From assembly GCA_051962095.1 (NCBI GenBank), contig JBQCCP010000127.1:21414-45413 (forward strand): a DNA stretch of 24,000 bases, written 5' to 3'. Under the pieces are notes generated by a model that did not search any database, was not told the DNA's origin, and saw only the letters and a program-made list of their open reading frames with translations. The position numbers were made by a program, and so were the translations under genes. Shown here piece by piece: positions 1 through 9,751 of this stretch. Position 1 is the first letter of the stretch. The number at the start of each line of letters is the position of its first letter. The DNA comes from Rhodanobacteraceae bacterium (GTDB taxonomy: Bacteria > Pseudomonadota > Gammaproteobacteria > Xanthomonadales > Rhodanobacteraceae).

Positions 1-462
1 CGGCAACGGACCGGTGCGCACGCCGCACAGTGCGGGCGTCAGCAACGGATGGGCGTCGGGCCCCGTGCCCACGATCTGTTCCGGCGGTGATCGCAGCAAC
101 AGGCAACGCGAGCCGCCTTCGCCCTCGGCGCGGATGGGCAACACGCCTGCGCCGCACTCCTGCCACAGCAGGCCATCACGAGGCTGCGCCAGCCCGCATT
201 CGAGGAGCGCATGGGCGCTGCCGATGCTGGGATGGCTTGCGAAGGGAATTTCCTGGTGGGGCGTGAAGATGCGCACGCGATAACCGGCTTCGGGCCGCGT
301 CGGCGCGAGCAGGAACGTGGTTTCCACGAGGTTGTTCCAACGCGCAAAGCGCTGCATCGCGGCGTCGCTCCAGTGCGCCGCGTCGATCACCACTCCGAGG
401 TGGTTGCCACCGCCGGGGCTGGCGGCGAATACATCCAGATGCAGGTAACGTGCGCGTGCCAA
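1..462 (-). CDS. PhzF-family isomerase (phenazine-biosynthesis-like protein); N-terminal 154 codons only, the gene continues past the left window edge
   Basis: It is absent from the ORF track because it runs off the edge. Hand translation of the minus strand from TTG at 462 gives MARARYLHLDVFAASPGGGNHLGVVIDAAHWSDAAMQRFARWNNLVETTFLLAPTRPEAGYRVRIFTPHQEIPFASHPSIGSAHALLECGLA... The LDVF..GGN.L.VV, ETTF and RIFTP..EIPFA.HPSIGSA segments are PhzF/YddE hallmarks as I recall the family. The start is ambiguous; an in-frame GTG lies at 504. Confidence 0.75.
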   Translation of the reverse strand, partial: MARARYLHLDVFAASPGGGNHLGVVIDAAHWSDAAMQRFARWNNLVETTFLLAPTRPEAGYRVRIFTPHQEIPFASHPSIGSAHALLECGLAQPRDGLLWQECGAGVLPIRAEGEGGSRCLLLRSPPEQIVGTGPDAHPLLTPALCGVRTGPLP

Positions 463-594
463 GGCGATTCCAGTCCACGAAAACCTGCGATGGTAGCGGC
501 GCACGTTGCATGCGCCATCATTTCGCGGCGCATGTGCGACAAGGCTGCCAGTCGCATCGAAACAGGCAGCAATCCGGGACAAATCCGGACAGCC

Positions 595-628
595 GAAAAC
601 GAAAAGGCCGGCTTTTGACAAACCGGCC
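595..628 (-). terminator. Rho-independent terminator downstream of tRNA-Val
   Basis: On the minus strand, the stem GGCCGG(TTT)/(AAA)CCGGCC at 606-628 is followed by TTTTCGTTTTC at 605-595, about 20 nt after the tRNA 3' end. Confidence 0.6.
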
Positions 629-647
629 CTTCGGATGCGTGTGATTC

Positions 648-722
648 TGGTGGGCGGTGCAGGGATCGAACCTGCGACACCTGCCGTGTGAAGGCAGTGC
701 TCTACCGCTGAGCTAACCGCCC
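648..722 (-). tRNA. tRNA-Val, anticodon CAC, with encoded CCA
   Basis: The reverse complement reads GGGCGGT TA GCTC AGCGGTA GAGC A CTGCC TTCACAC GGCAG GTGTC GCAGG TTCGATC CCTGC ACCGCCC A CCA. This is a full cloverleaf with a 7-bp acceptor, 4-bp D stem, 5-bp anticodon stem, 5-bp T stem and TTCGATC T-loop. The anticodon loop TT-CAC-AC gives CAC. Confidence 0.95.
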
Positions 723-735
723 GCGCGAACCGGCA

Positions 736-764
736 AGTCTACGGGCGCACGCATGGGCGGTCAA
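736..764 (-). promoter_or_regulatory. Candidate sigma70 promoter for tRNA-Val
   Basis: The minus strand reads TTGACC (764-759), a 17-nt spacer, then TAGACT (741-736). The -10 element ends 13 nt upstream of the mature tRNA 5' end. Confidence 0.5.
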
Positions 765-780
765 TGGACGGCGGCGCCAT

Positions 781-789
781 TGCTACAAT
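781..789 (+). promoter_or_regulatory. Candidate extended -10 element (TGcTACAAT) for the downstream LAB_N gene
   Basis: TGCTACAAT lies at 781-789, 30 nt upstream of the ATG at 819. No good -35 element is present, and it sits back to back with the tRNA promoter. Confidence 0.25.
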
Positions 790-818
790 TTGCCGTTTCG
801 AGCCGCCGGACCGCCGCC

Positions 819-1139
819 ATGGAACACATCGTGCATTCGCTGTTTCACTTCGAGCTGACGCCGTGGAAGGTGGTCGGATTTCTCGGCACCGCGATCTTCG
901 CGTCCCGCTGGTTCGTGCAACTCTACGCGACCCGCAAGCAGCGCAAGATCGTGATGCCGATGCTGTTCTGGTACATGTCCGTGTGCGGCAGTCTGCTGCT
1001 GCTGGCCTACTTCATCTTCGGCAAGAACGATTCGGTGGGCATTATTTCCAACTTGTTCCCGATGTTCGTCGCGCTGTACAACGTCAGTGTGCACCTGCGC
1101 CAACGCGAGCAGGACAAGGCCGGCGGCGCCGCAGCCTGA
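819..1139 (+). CDS. Lipid-A-biosynthesis N-terminal (LAB_N) domain small membrane protein
   Basis: This is the track ORF 753..1139 trimmed to the internal ATG at 819: MEHIVHSLFHFELTPWKVVGFLGTAIFASRWFVQLYATRKQRKIVMPMLFWYMSVCGSLLLLAYFIFGKNDSVGII... The three-TM layout and the FxSRFxvQw....k......FW..S..Gs.lLL.Y motif are typical of the LAB_N family. The longer start at 753 would overlap the tRNA promoter. There is no clear SD. Confidence 0.7.
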   Translation: MEHIVHSLFHFELTPWKVVGFLGTAIFASRWFVQLYATRKQRKIVMPMLFWYMSVCGSLLLLAYFIFGKNDSVGIISNLFPMFVALYNVSVHLRQREQDKAGGAAA

Positions 1140-1250
1140 CCGGCGGGCCGGTCACATGCAAGCAGGATTATGCTGGGCTAGGATCGGCTGGGCCGTCCGC
1201 AAGGGGTTTGCGGACCGGTGTCCGATCTGCCACCTGCGCAGGAGAGGGGT

Positions 1251-1520
1251 ATGAACGCACAGCTTTCCGCACGTGAGTCGTCGCCGGTTTCGATGGGCGA
1301 CTGGATCATCACCTTGATCGTCCTGGCGATCCCGATCGTCGGGATCGTGATGCTGTTCGTTTGGGGATTCTCCGACAGCACGAATCCCAGCAAGCAGAAT
1401 TATTGCCGGGCGGCCCTGGTGATCGCCGCGGTGTTCCTCGTGCTGTGGCTGGTATTTGCGTTCACGATCGGCGCTTCGTTCCTTCACGCGGCGCGATCGA
1501 TGGGCGGCGCCTCGCTCTGA
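1251..1520 (+). CDS. Hypothetical small membrane protein (89 aa, two predicted TM helices)
   Basis: This is the track ORF 1218..1520 (GTG) trimmed to ATG 1251, which is preceded by a strong SD GGAGAGGGG at 1241-1249. There are two hydrophobic segments (WIITLIVLAIPIVGIVMLFVW and ALVIAAVFLVLWLVFAFTIGA). I do not recognise a family. Confidence 0.6.
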   Translation: MNAQLSARESSPVSMGDWIITLIVLAIPIVGIVMLFVWGFSDSTNPSKQNYCRAALVIAAVFLVLWLVFAFTIGASFLHAARSMGGASL

Positions 1521-1525
1521 TCGCA

Positions 1526-1562
1526 ATGGCGCTGCCGCATTCGCTTTCGCGCGCAGCGCCAT
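1526..1562. terminator. Hairpin between convergent genes (possible bidirectional terminator)
   Basis: A 10-bp perfect inverted repeat, ATGGCGCTGC (1526-1535) and GCAGCGCCAT (1553-1562), has a 17-nt loop. It lies between the stop at 1520 (+) and the stop at 1572 (-). Neither side has a U-tract. Confidence 0.3.
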
Positions 1563-1571
1563 CCGGCCCGT

Positions 1572-4262
<2,691 letters not shown>

Positions 4263-4269
4263 GGCTGTT

Positions 4270-4446
4270 CTTTTTGGCTGTCATCCCGGCGCAGGCCGGG
4301 ATCCATTTTGATTTCCGCTTTCGGCCGACAGAGCAAATGGATTGACTCGCCGCATCCTGCGGCTTGCCCTTCGGGCCATTCGCTTCGCGAATGTTCGCTC
4401 CGGCATCCTGCCTTCGCAGTCGGCTTTCGCCGCAATGACGAAAAAG
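4270..4446. repeat. REP/MITE-like structured repeat filling the gap between the two metH genes
   Basis: The ends are terminal inverted sequences: CTTTTTggCTGTCATCCCGGCG (4270-4291) and CGCCGCAATGACGAAAAAG (4428-4446). The internal hairpins are ATCCCGGC-gcag-GCCGGGAT (4283-4302) and CATTCGC-ttc-GCGAATG. The CGTCAT(T/C)CC..GG end resembles the repeat at 20181-20285. Confidence 0.6.
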
Positions 4447-5547
4447 CTATGCGGCCCTGGCACTCGCCGACGGCAACACGCGCGGTGGAACGCCAAGCAC
4501 GGCTTCGGCGATCGCGGCGATATGTTCGGGCGTGGTGCCGCAGCAGCCGCCGACGATGTTGAGCAGGCCGTCGCGCGCGAATTCGCCCAGCGTCTTCGCC
4601 ATTTCCTCGGGCGTTTCGTCGTAACCGCCCAGCGCATTCGGCAGGCCGGCATTCGGATGCGCGCTGACCGCGCAATCGGCAACCCGCGCAAGCGCCTCGA
4701 TGTGCTGGCGCAAATCCTTGGCGCCCAGCGCGCAGTTCAGCCCAATGGACAACGGTCGTGCGTGCGCGACGGAATACCAGAAGGCTTCGGCGGTCTGGCC
4801 GGAGAGCGTGCGGCCGGAACGGTCGGTGATCGTCCCTGAAATCATCACGGGCAGCCGGCCGCCGAGATCGTCGAATACGCGCGCGATGCCCGACAACGCC
4901 GCCTTGGCGTTCAGCGTGTCGAAGATCGTTTCCACCATCACGACGTCGGCGCCGCCCTCGATGAGGCCGCGTGTCGCGTCTGCGTAGGCATTTTCCAGTT
5001 CGTCGAAATCGACGTTGCGGAAACCGGGGTTGTTGACGTCGGGCGATAATGATGCGGTGCGGCTGGTCGGGCCCAGCACGCCTATCGCGAAGCGCGGTTT
5101 TTCGGGCGCCTTGCGTTCGGCCTCGTCGCAGGCGGCGCGCGCCAGCTTCGCGCCCTCGCGATTCAATTCGTGCACCAGGTGTTGCAGCGCGTAGTCGGCC
5201 TGGCTGATCGATGTGGAATTGAAGGTGTTGGTTTCGACGAAATCCGCACCCGCGTCGAGGTACGCGGCGTGGATGTCGCGGATCAGGTGCGGCTGGGTCA
5301 GCGACAGGAGGTCGTTGTCGCCCTTGAGGTCGCGTTGGCAGCCGTCGGCGTGTTCGCCCGCGTGCTGGTGTGCGTGCCCGACATCGCAACCATGCGCGAA
5401 GCGTTCGCCGCGATAGCCGGCCTCGTCCAGTTCATGGCGCTGCAGCATGGTACCCATCGCGCCGTCCAGCACGAGGATGCGTTCGGCGAGCGCCGTTTCG
5501 AGTATTTCGACGCGGGCGGGATTGATCCACGGCAAATCGATATGCAT
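4447..5547 (-). CDS. Homocysteine S-methyltransferase domain protein (the Hcy-binding, zinc-site module of a split MetH)
   Basis: This is the track ORF 4447..5673 trimmed to ATG 5547, which has the SD GGAGGA at 5553-5558: [36 protein letters not shown]... It contains GLNCALG and [15 protein letters not shown], the Cys zinc ligands of the Hcy-binding barrel. It ends at the position of the E. coli MetH interdomain linker (PRVLP...). Confidence 0.9.
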   Translation of the reverse strand: MHIDLPWINPARVEILETALAERILVLDGAMGTMLQRHELDEAGYRGERFAHGCDVGHAHQHAGEHADGCQRDLKGDNDLLSLTQPHLIRDIHAAYLDAGADFVETNTFNSTSISQADYALQHLVHELNREGAKLARAACDEAERKAPEKPRFAIGVLGPTSRTASLSPDVNNPGFRNVDFDELENAYADATRGLIEGGADVVMVETIFDTLNAKAALSGIARVFDDLGGRLPVMISGTITDRSGRTLSGQTAEAFWYSVAHARPLSIGLNCALGAKDLRQHIEALARVADCAVSAHPNAGLPNALGGYDETPEEMAKTLGEFARDGLLNIVGGCCGTTPEHIAAIAEAVLGVPPRVLPSASARAA

Positions 5548-5584
5548 GTCTTTCCTCCGATGAATGTGCGCGGTATCCGGCCGC

Positions 5585-6121
5585 TCACGTTGCGAGCGAT
5601 CGTCGCCAGATCCTGTCGTCCTCGATGCTCGAGCCGCACTGGAACGGGCATCCGCCGACATCGACGAAGCCATGGCGCGCGTAAAAGCGCTTGGCGCGAT
5701 GGTTGTCGTCGAAGACCGTCAGGTAGATTTCAGGTGCGCGCCGGATGCGCGCCCGGTCCAGCGTCCACGTCATGAGGAATTCGGCGACGCCGATCCCCTG
5801 CCACGGTCTCAACACGTAGATCTGGCGCAACTCGAGTGCCCCTGATTCCGGATCGGGAGCCGGCGCCTTCAGCGGAGAAAGCTTCGCGTAGGCGACGATT
5901 TCCGACCCGTCGAGCGCGACGCGGAAGTCGACCTCGGAATCGTGCAGTTCCGCGAGCATGCCATTGGGCCCGTAGGCGGCGTCGAGGAACGTTTCGAGAT
6001 CGCGGTTTGCGTACCGCTGGCCGAAGGTTTCCGCAAAACAGCGGCGTGCCATCGCCGCAAGCGCAGGTCCTTCGGTGTATGCCGGCGTCCGGTATTCGAT
6101 TTGTGGCGAACGACGGGTCAT
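5585..6121 (-). CDS. GNAT-family N-acetyltransferase
   Basis: The 178-aa ORF carries the acetyl-CoA-binding motif [18 protein letters not shown] and a C-terminal [11 protein letters not shown]. Its start overlaps the upstream stop as ATGA (6118-6121). Confidence 0.85.
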   Translation of the reverse strand: MTRRSPQIEYRTPAYTEGPALAAMARRCFAETFGQRYANRDLETFLDAAYGPNGMLAELHDSEVDFRVALDGSEIVAYAKLSPLKAPAPDPESGALELRQIYVLRPWQGIGVAEFLMTWTLDRARIRRAPEIYLTVFDDNHRAKRFYARHGFVDVGGCPFQCGSSIEDDRIWRRSLAT

Positions 6122-7047
6122 GTTTTCTTCGCCAGCAGGCTCAATACTTCGAAATGCGGCGAGCGGGCTTCGCGCGAAATGCGTTCGCAGTGCAGGACTT
6201 CAAGTCCGGCCTTGCGCGCGAAACCGGTGAGGTCTTCGCGTTTGAAGCCGAGGTTCTTGTGATCGAACGGCGCCACCGCCGCGCGATGCGCGTGCTTCGC
6301 GAGTGTCGCCGCCAGCAGCCGGCCGCCCGGCTTCAATACGCGTGCCGCTTCCGCGATCGCCTGCTGCGGCCGATCGCTGTAGGTCAGTGCGTGCATCATC
6401 AACACGAGATCGAACTTGCGATTGGCGAGCTTGAGCGCGTGCATGTCGCCTTCGATCACTTCCACGTTTCGGAACGCCTTCAGCCGCCTGCGCGCGGCGG
6501 CGACCACGTTGGGACTGGAATCCACGCACACGATCGAATGCGCGTGCGGCGCCAGCAATTCGGCCAGCACGCCGTCGCCCGAGGCGATGTCGAGTACGTC
6601 GCCGGTTTCCAGCAATTGCAGCAGCGTGCGGGCGAGCGTTTCCCAGGTGCGACCCGGCGAATAGTGGCGTTCCATGTCGCCAGCCACACTGTCGGCCCAG
6701 CCCCGGTCACGCGCGCGCGCCGTCAGCACAGAAGGCAGGCGCTGCGCATCGGCATCCAGCATCGCGTCGTCGACGCCGTCTTCCAGCGCGCGCAGCAAAT
6801 CGGCCGCGCCGTCGAAGCCGCTTTCGTTGAAGCGGTAATAGGCCGACACGCCCGCGCGACGATCGCGCACCAAGCCGGTTTCCTTGAGCTTGGCGAGATG
6901 CGTGGACACGCGCGGCTGCGCCAGCCGCAGCACCGACGACAGTTCGGCGACGGTCAGTTCCTCGCGGCGCAGCAATGCGAGCAGCCGCACCCGGGTAGGG
7001 TCGGACAGCACCCGCAGCAACGCGGTGGCGGAAACGAGATCGAGCAT
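6118..7047 (-). CDS. ArsR-family wHTH regulator fused to a SAM-dependent methyltransferase-fold domain (SahR-like candidate SAM-cycle regulator)
   Basis: The 309-aa ORF has an N-terminal ArsR wHTH (LLRVLSDPTRVRLLALLRREELTVAELSSVLRLAQPRVSTHLAKLKETGLV). The C-terminal part is a class I MTase fold (VLDIASGDGVLAELLA ... VLKPGGRLL). It lies immediately upstream of metH in the same orientation. Confidence 0.85.
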   Translation of the reverse strand: MLDLVSATALLRVLSDPTRVRLLALLRREELTVAELSSVLRLAQPRVSTHLAKLKETGLVRDRRAGVSAYYRFNESGFDGAADLLRALEDGVDDAMLDADAQRLPSVLTARARDRGWADSVAGDMERHYSPGRTWETLARTLLQLLETGDVLDIASGDGVLAELLAPHAHSIVCVDSSPNVVAAARRRLKAFRNVEVIEGDMHALKLANRKFDLVLMMHALTYSDRPQQAIAEAARVLKPGGRLLAATLAKHAHRAAVAPFDHKNLGFKREDLTGFARKAGLEVLHCERISREARSPHFEVLSLLAKKT

Positions 7048-7080
7048 TCCATCTTTATATCAGGATGGAGAGATAAATTA
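7048..7080. promoter_or_regulatory. AT-rich overlapping dyads abutting the start codon of the SahR-like gene (candidate operator/promoter)
   Basis: TCCATC (7048-7053) pairs with GATGGA (7065-7070), a perfect 6-bp dyad. TTTATATC (7054-7061) pairs with GAGATAAA (7070-7077) at 7 of 8 positions. This is the most AT-rich stretch I see in the window. On the minus strand TATAAA ends 6 nt before the ATG. Confidence 0.4.
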
Positions 7081-7189
7081 AAGCGCGATGCGGGGTCAGC
7101 ACTCGATCGTGGGCACGACCGGTTATCATGCATGGTTGGATTGCCGGCGCGTGGCCTGGCGGAACGCGCAAAGACGAAGAGGTGTCGCG

Positions 7190-8350
7190 ATGGATTTCAA
7201 TTTTTCCGAAGAGCAGTTGCAGATCCAGTCGATCGCGCGTGATTTCGCGCAGAAGCGCATCGCGCCGGTGGCAGCGGATTTCGACAAGTCCGGCGAGTTT
7301 CCGCTCGACAACATCCGCGAAATGGGCAAGCTCGGCCTGATGGGCATCGAGGTGCCGGCCGAATACGGCGGCGCCGGGATGGATTCGATCAGCTACGTGC
7401 TGGCGATGATCGAGATCGCGGCGGCCGATTGCGCGCACTCGACCATCATGAGCGTCAACAACACGCTCTACTGCAATGGTCTGCTGAAGTTCGGCAGCGA
7501 GGAACAGAAGCACAAATACGTGACGCCGATCGCGTCGGGCGAAGCCATCGGGGCGTTCGCGCTGACCGAACCGCAGTCGGGCTCCGACGCCACCGCGATG
7601 CGTTGCCGCGCGGTCAGGCAGGCGGACGGCAGCTTCGTGATCAACGGCAAGAAGAGCTGGATCACGTCGGGCCCGGTAGCGAAATACATCCTGCTGTTCG
7701 CCATGACCGAGCCCGAAAAGCATGCGCGTGGCGTCACCGCGTTCATGATCGACACTTCGCGCAAGGGGTTCAGCCGTGGCAAGACCGAACCGAAACTCGG
7801 CATCCGCGCGTCGGCCACCTGCGAAATCGAGTTCGTCGATTACGTCGCGCAGCCCGATGAGGTGATCGGCGAGGAAGGTCATGGTTTCAAGATTGCGATG
7901 GGCGTGCTGGATGCGGGCCGCATCGGCATCGCTTCGCAGGCGGTGGGTCTTGCGCGCGCGGCCTACGAGGCGACGCTGGAGTATTCGCGCGACCGCAAGG
8001 CGTTCGGGCAATCCATCGGTTCTTTCCAGATGACCCAGGCCAAGATAGCCGACATGCGCTGCAAGCTCGATGCGGCGCAGTGGCTCACGCTGCGCGCCGC
8101 CTGGCTGAAACAGGAAGCCACGAAAACCGGTGCGCGTTTTTCGACCGAGGCGGCGGTCGCGAAACTCACGGCGTCCGAAGCCGCGATGTGGATCACCCAC
8201 CAGGCCGTGCAGATCCATGGCGGGATGGGTTATTCCAAGGAAATGCCGCTGGAGCGCTACTTCCGCGACGCGAAGATCACCGAAATCTACGAGGGCACGT
8301 CGGAGATCCAGCGCATGGTGATCGCGCGCAACGAAACGGGGCTTCGCTGA
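7190..8350 (+). CDS. Acyl-CoA dehydrogenase (short/medium-chain type, 386 aa)
   Basis: This is the track ORF 7088..8350 trimmed to ATG 7190, which has the SD GAAGAGG at 7176-7182: MDFNFSEEQLQIQSIARDFA... It contains ALTEPQSGSDA, QIHGGMGY and the C-terminal ITEIYEGTSEIQRMVIAR (catalytic Glu context). Confidence 0.92.
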   Translation: MDFNFSEEQLQIQSIARDFAQKRIAPVAADFDKSGEFPLDNIREMGKLGLMGIEVPAEYGGAGMDSISYVLAMIEIAAADCAHSTIMSVNNTLYCNGLLKFGSEEQKHKYVTPIASGEAIGAFALTEPQSGSDATAMRCRAVRQADGSFVINGKKSWITSGPVAKYILLFAMTEPEKHARGVTAFMIDTSRKGFSRGKTEPKLGIRASATCEIEFVDYVAQPDEVIGEEGHGFKIAMGVLDAGRIGIASQAVGLARAAYEATLEYSRDRKAFGQSIGSFQMTQAKIADMRCKLDAAQWLTLRAAWLKQEATKTGARFSTEAAVAKLTASEAAMWITHQAVQIHGGMGYSKEMPLERYFRDAKITEIYEGTSEIQRMVIARNETGLR

Positions 8351-8369
8351 CGCGCAATTTCACGCTTCC

Positions 8370-8453
8370 GTAGGTTGGGCTGAGTGTATGCGAAGCCCAA
8401 CGAATGAACGACGTTGGGCTTCCGCCAATGAAGCCGGCGTCAGCCCAACCTAC
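8370..8453. repeat. Inverted REP doublet (REPIN-like) between the convergent acyl-CoA dehydrogenase and apaH genes
   Basis: Unit 1 is GTAGGTTGGGCTGA..GAAGCCCAACG (8370-8402). Unit 2 is its inverted copy, CGTTGGGCTTC..TCAGCCCAACCTAC (8412-8453). Each unit is itself a hairpin (TTGGGCT/AGCCCAA), and the outer 14-bp arms are perfectly complementary. Confidence 0.7.
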
Positions 8454-8476
8454 AAGAGCGCGGAACGTTGCGAAGA

Positions 8477-9310
8477 TCAAGCGCGCTTGCGATGCGGTTC
8501 CGCATCCACCGCGATGAATTGCGGTTCCTCGCTGTCGAGGCGCAGCGCGGTCAACTTGCCGCCCCACACGCAGCCCGTGTCGATGGCGTACACGCCGAGT
8601 CCCGCGAAACGCCCGAGCGCGGACCAGTGCCCGCACACGATGCGGGTGTCGCGTGCGCGGACGCCCGGTACTTCGAACCACGGATACAGCCCCGCGCGCT
8701 GCGATCCGGGCGCGCCCTTGGCGTCGAAGTCGATGCGGCCGTTGGTGTCGCAATAGCGCATCCGCGTGAGGATGTTGATGGCGGCGCGAAGCCGGTCGTG
8801 GCCGTGCAGCTTCGACGACCAGCGCGCCGGACGGTTGCCGAACATCCGCTGCAGCAGCGCGCGATGACCGGCGCCGCGCAAGGCGCGCTCGACCTCGTGC
8901 GCGATGTGCAGCGCCTGCTTAAGCGTCCACGAGGGTGCGAGCCCGGCGTGCACCAGCATGAAGTCCAATTCGGCGTCATGGTGCGCGAGACGCTGGTTGT
9001 GCAGCCATTCCATCAGCACGTCGGAATCCCCGGCCTGCAGCACCCGGCGCAGGTCGGGGTTGGTGCGTGCGCGAGCTTCGGGCTCGCGTTCCGCAATCGC
9101 GAGCAGGCTCAGGTCGTGATTGCCGAGCGTGACGACGGATTGTTCGCGCAGGCCGTGGACCAGCCGCAGCACCTCCAGCGATTCGCCACCGCGGTTGACC
9201 AGGTCGCCGCAGAACCACAGGCGATCGGACGAATCGAAACGCAGGCGTTCCAGCAAACGCTGCAATTCCGGATAACAACCCTGCACATCGCCAATCGCGT
9301 AGACGGCCAT
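8477..9310 (-). CDS. apaH: Bis(5'-nucleosyl)-tetraphosphatase, symmetrical (diadenosine tetraphosphatase)
   Basis: The 277-aa ORF reads MAVYAIGDVQGCYPELQRLLERL.. with GDLVNRG and GNHD metallophosphoesterase motifs. It occupies the conserved position after apaG. Confidence 0.95.
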   Translation of the reverse strand: MAVYAIGDVQGCYPELQRLLERLRFDSSDRLWFCGDLVNRGGESLEVLRLVHGLREQSVVTLGNHDLSLLAIAEREPEARARTNPDLRRVLQAGDSDVLMEWLHNQRLAHHDAELDFMLVHAGLAPSWTLKQALHIAHEVERALRGAGHRALLQRMFGNRPARWSSKLHGHDRLRAAINILTRMRYCDTNGRIDFDAKGAPGSQRAGLYPWFEVPGVRARDTRIVCGHWSALGRFAGLGVYAIDTGCVWGGKLTALRLDSEEPQFIAVDAEPHRKRA

Positions 9311-9328
9311 GCGCGGGTTCCGGGCCGC

Positions 9329-9751
9329 TCAGTGCAGGGTGCGCGGAACCGACAGCACGAATTCGGGAATCGGAACCTCGAAGTCGGTGCCATCGTCGGC
9401 ATGGAACAGGTAGGCGCCGCGCATCGTGCCCACCTGCGTTTCCAGCACCGCGCCGGAGCTGTAGCGGTAGCTTTCGCCCGGCTGCAGGCGCGGCTGTTCG
9501 CCCACCACGCCCTCGCCGCGCACTTCCTCCACCTTCCCGTTCGCGTCGGTGATCACCCAGTGGCGGGTCTGCAGGCGTGCGGGCATCATGCCGAGGTTGC
9601 GCAACGTGACCTCGTAGGAAAAGACGTAGCGATTCGCTTCCGGCTTGGACTGGTCGGCCACGTAGCGCGTCTCGATCTCGAGCTCGACCGCGTGCGGCTC
9701 GGGTTCGCGAGGCTTGCCCGGTTTGTCGGTGGTGGTTGGTCGGGGGCTCAT
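9329..9751 (-). CDS. apaG: ApaG (DUF525) protein
   Basis: This is the track ORF 9329..10096 trimmed to ATG 9751, which overlaps the rsmA stop as ATGA. The segment YVFSYEVTLRNLG...HWVITDANGKVEEVRGEGVVGEQPRLQPGESYRYSSG is ApaG-domain sequence. The long upstream extension is an Arg-rich alternate frame of rsmA. Confidence 0.9.
   Translation of the reverse strand: MSPRPTTTDKPGKPREPEPHAVELEIETRYVADQSKPEANRYVFSYEVTLRNLGMMPARLQTRHWVITDANGKVEEVRGEGVVGEQPRLQPGESYRYSSGAVLETQVGTMRGAYLFHADDGTDFEVPIPEFVLSVPRTLH

Noticed and set aside
595-800. tRNA-Val as an integration hotspot or genomic island boundary.
   Set aside because: No integrase, no phage or plasmid genes, and no direct repeat of the tRNA 3' end are visible in the window. 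The flanking genes have the same GC-rich composition and look chromosomal.
4263-4446. Whether the two-part metH is a pseudogene broken by an insertion, or whether the spacer is an intron- or intein-like element.
   Set aside because: Both parts are full-length modules with intact catalytic motifs. The break falls exactly at the interdomain linker. The first part has a proper stop and the second a proper ATG. The 184-nt spacer is far too small for a group I or II intron, and an intein would be in frame and protein-coding. I treat it as a functional split gene with a repeat in the spacer.
5548-7189. An SAH, SAM or cobalamin riboswitch in front of the methionine genes.
   Set aside because: The gaps are 37 nt (5548-5584) and 142 nt (7048-7189). 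I do not see the conserved cores of these riboswitch classes by eye, and B12-dependent metH is not normally under a cobalamin riboswitch. Only a covariance-model scan could settle this.
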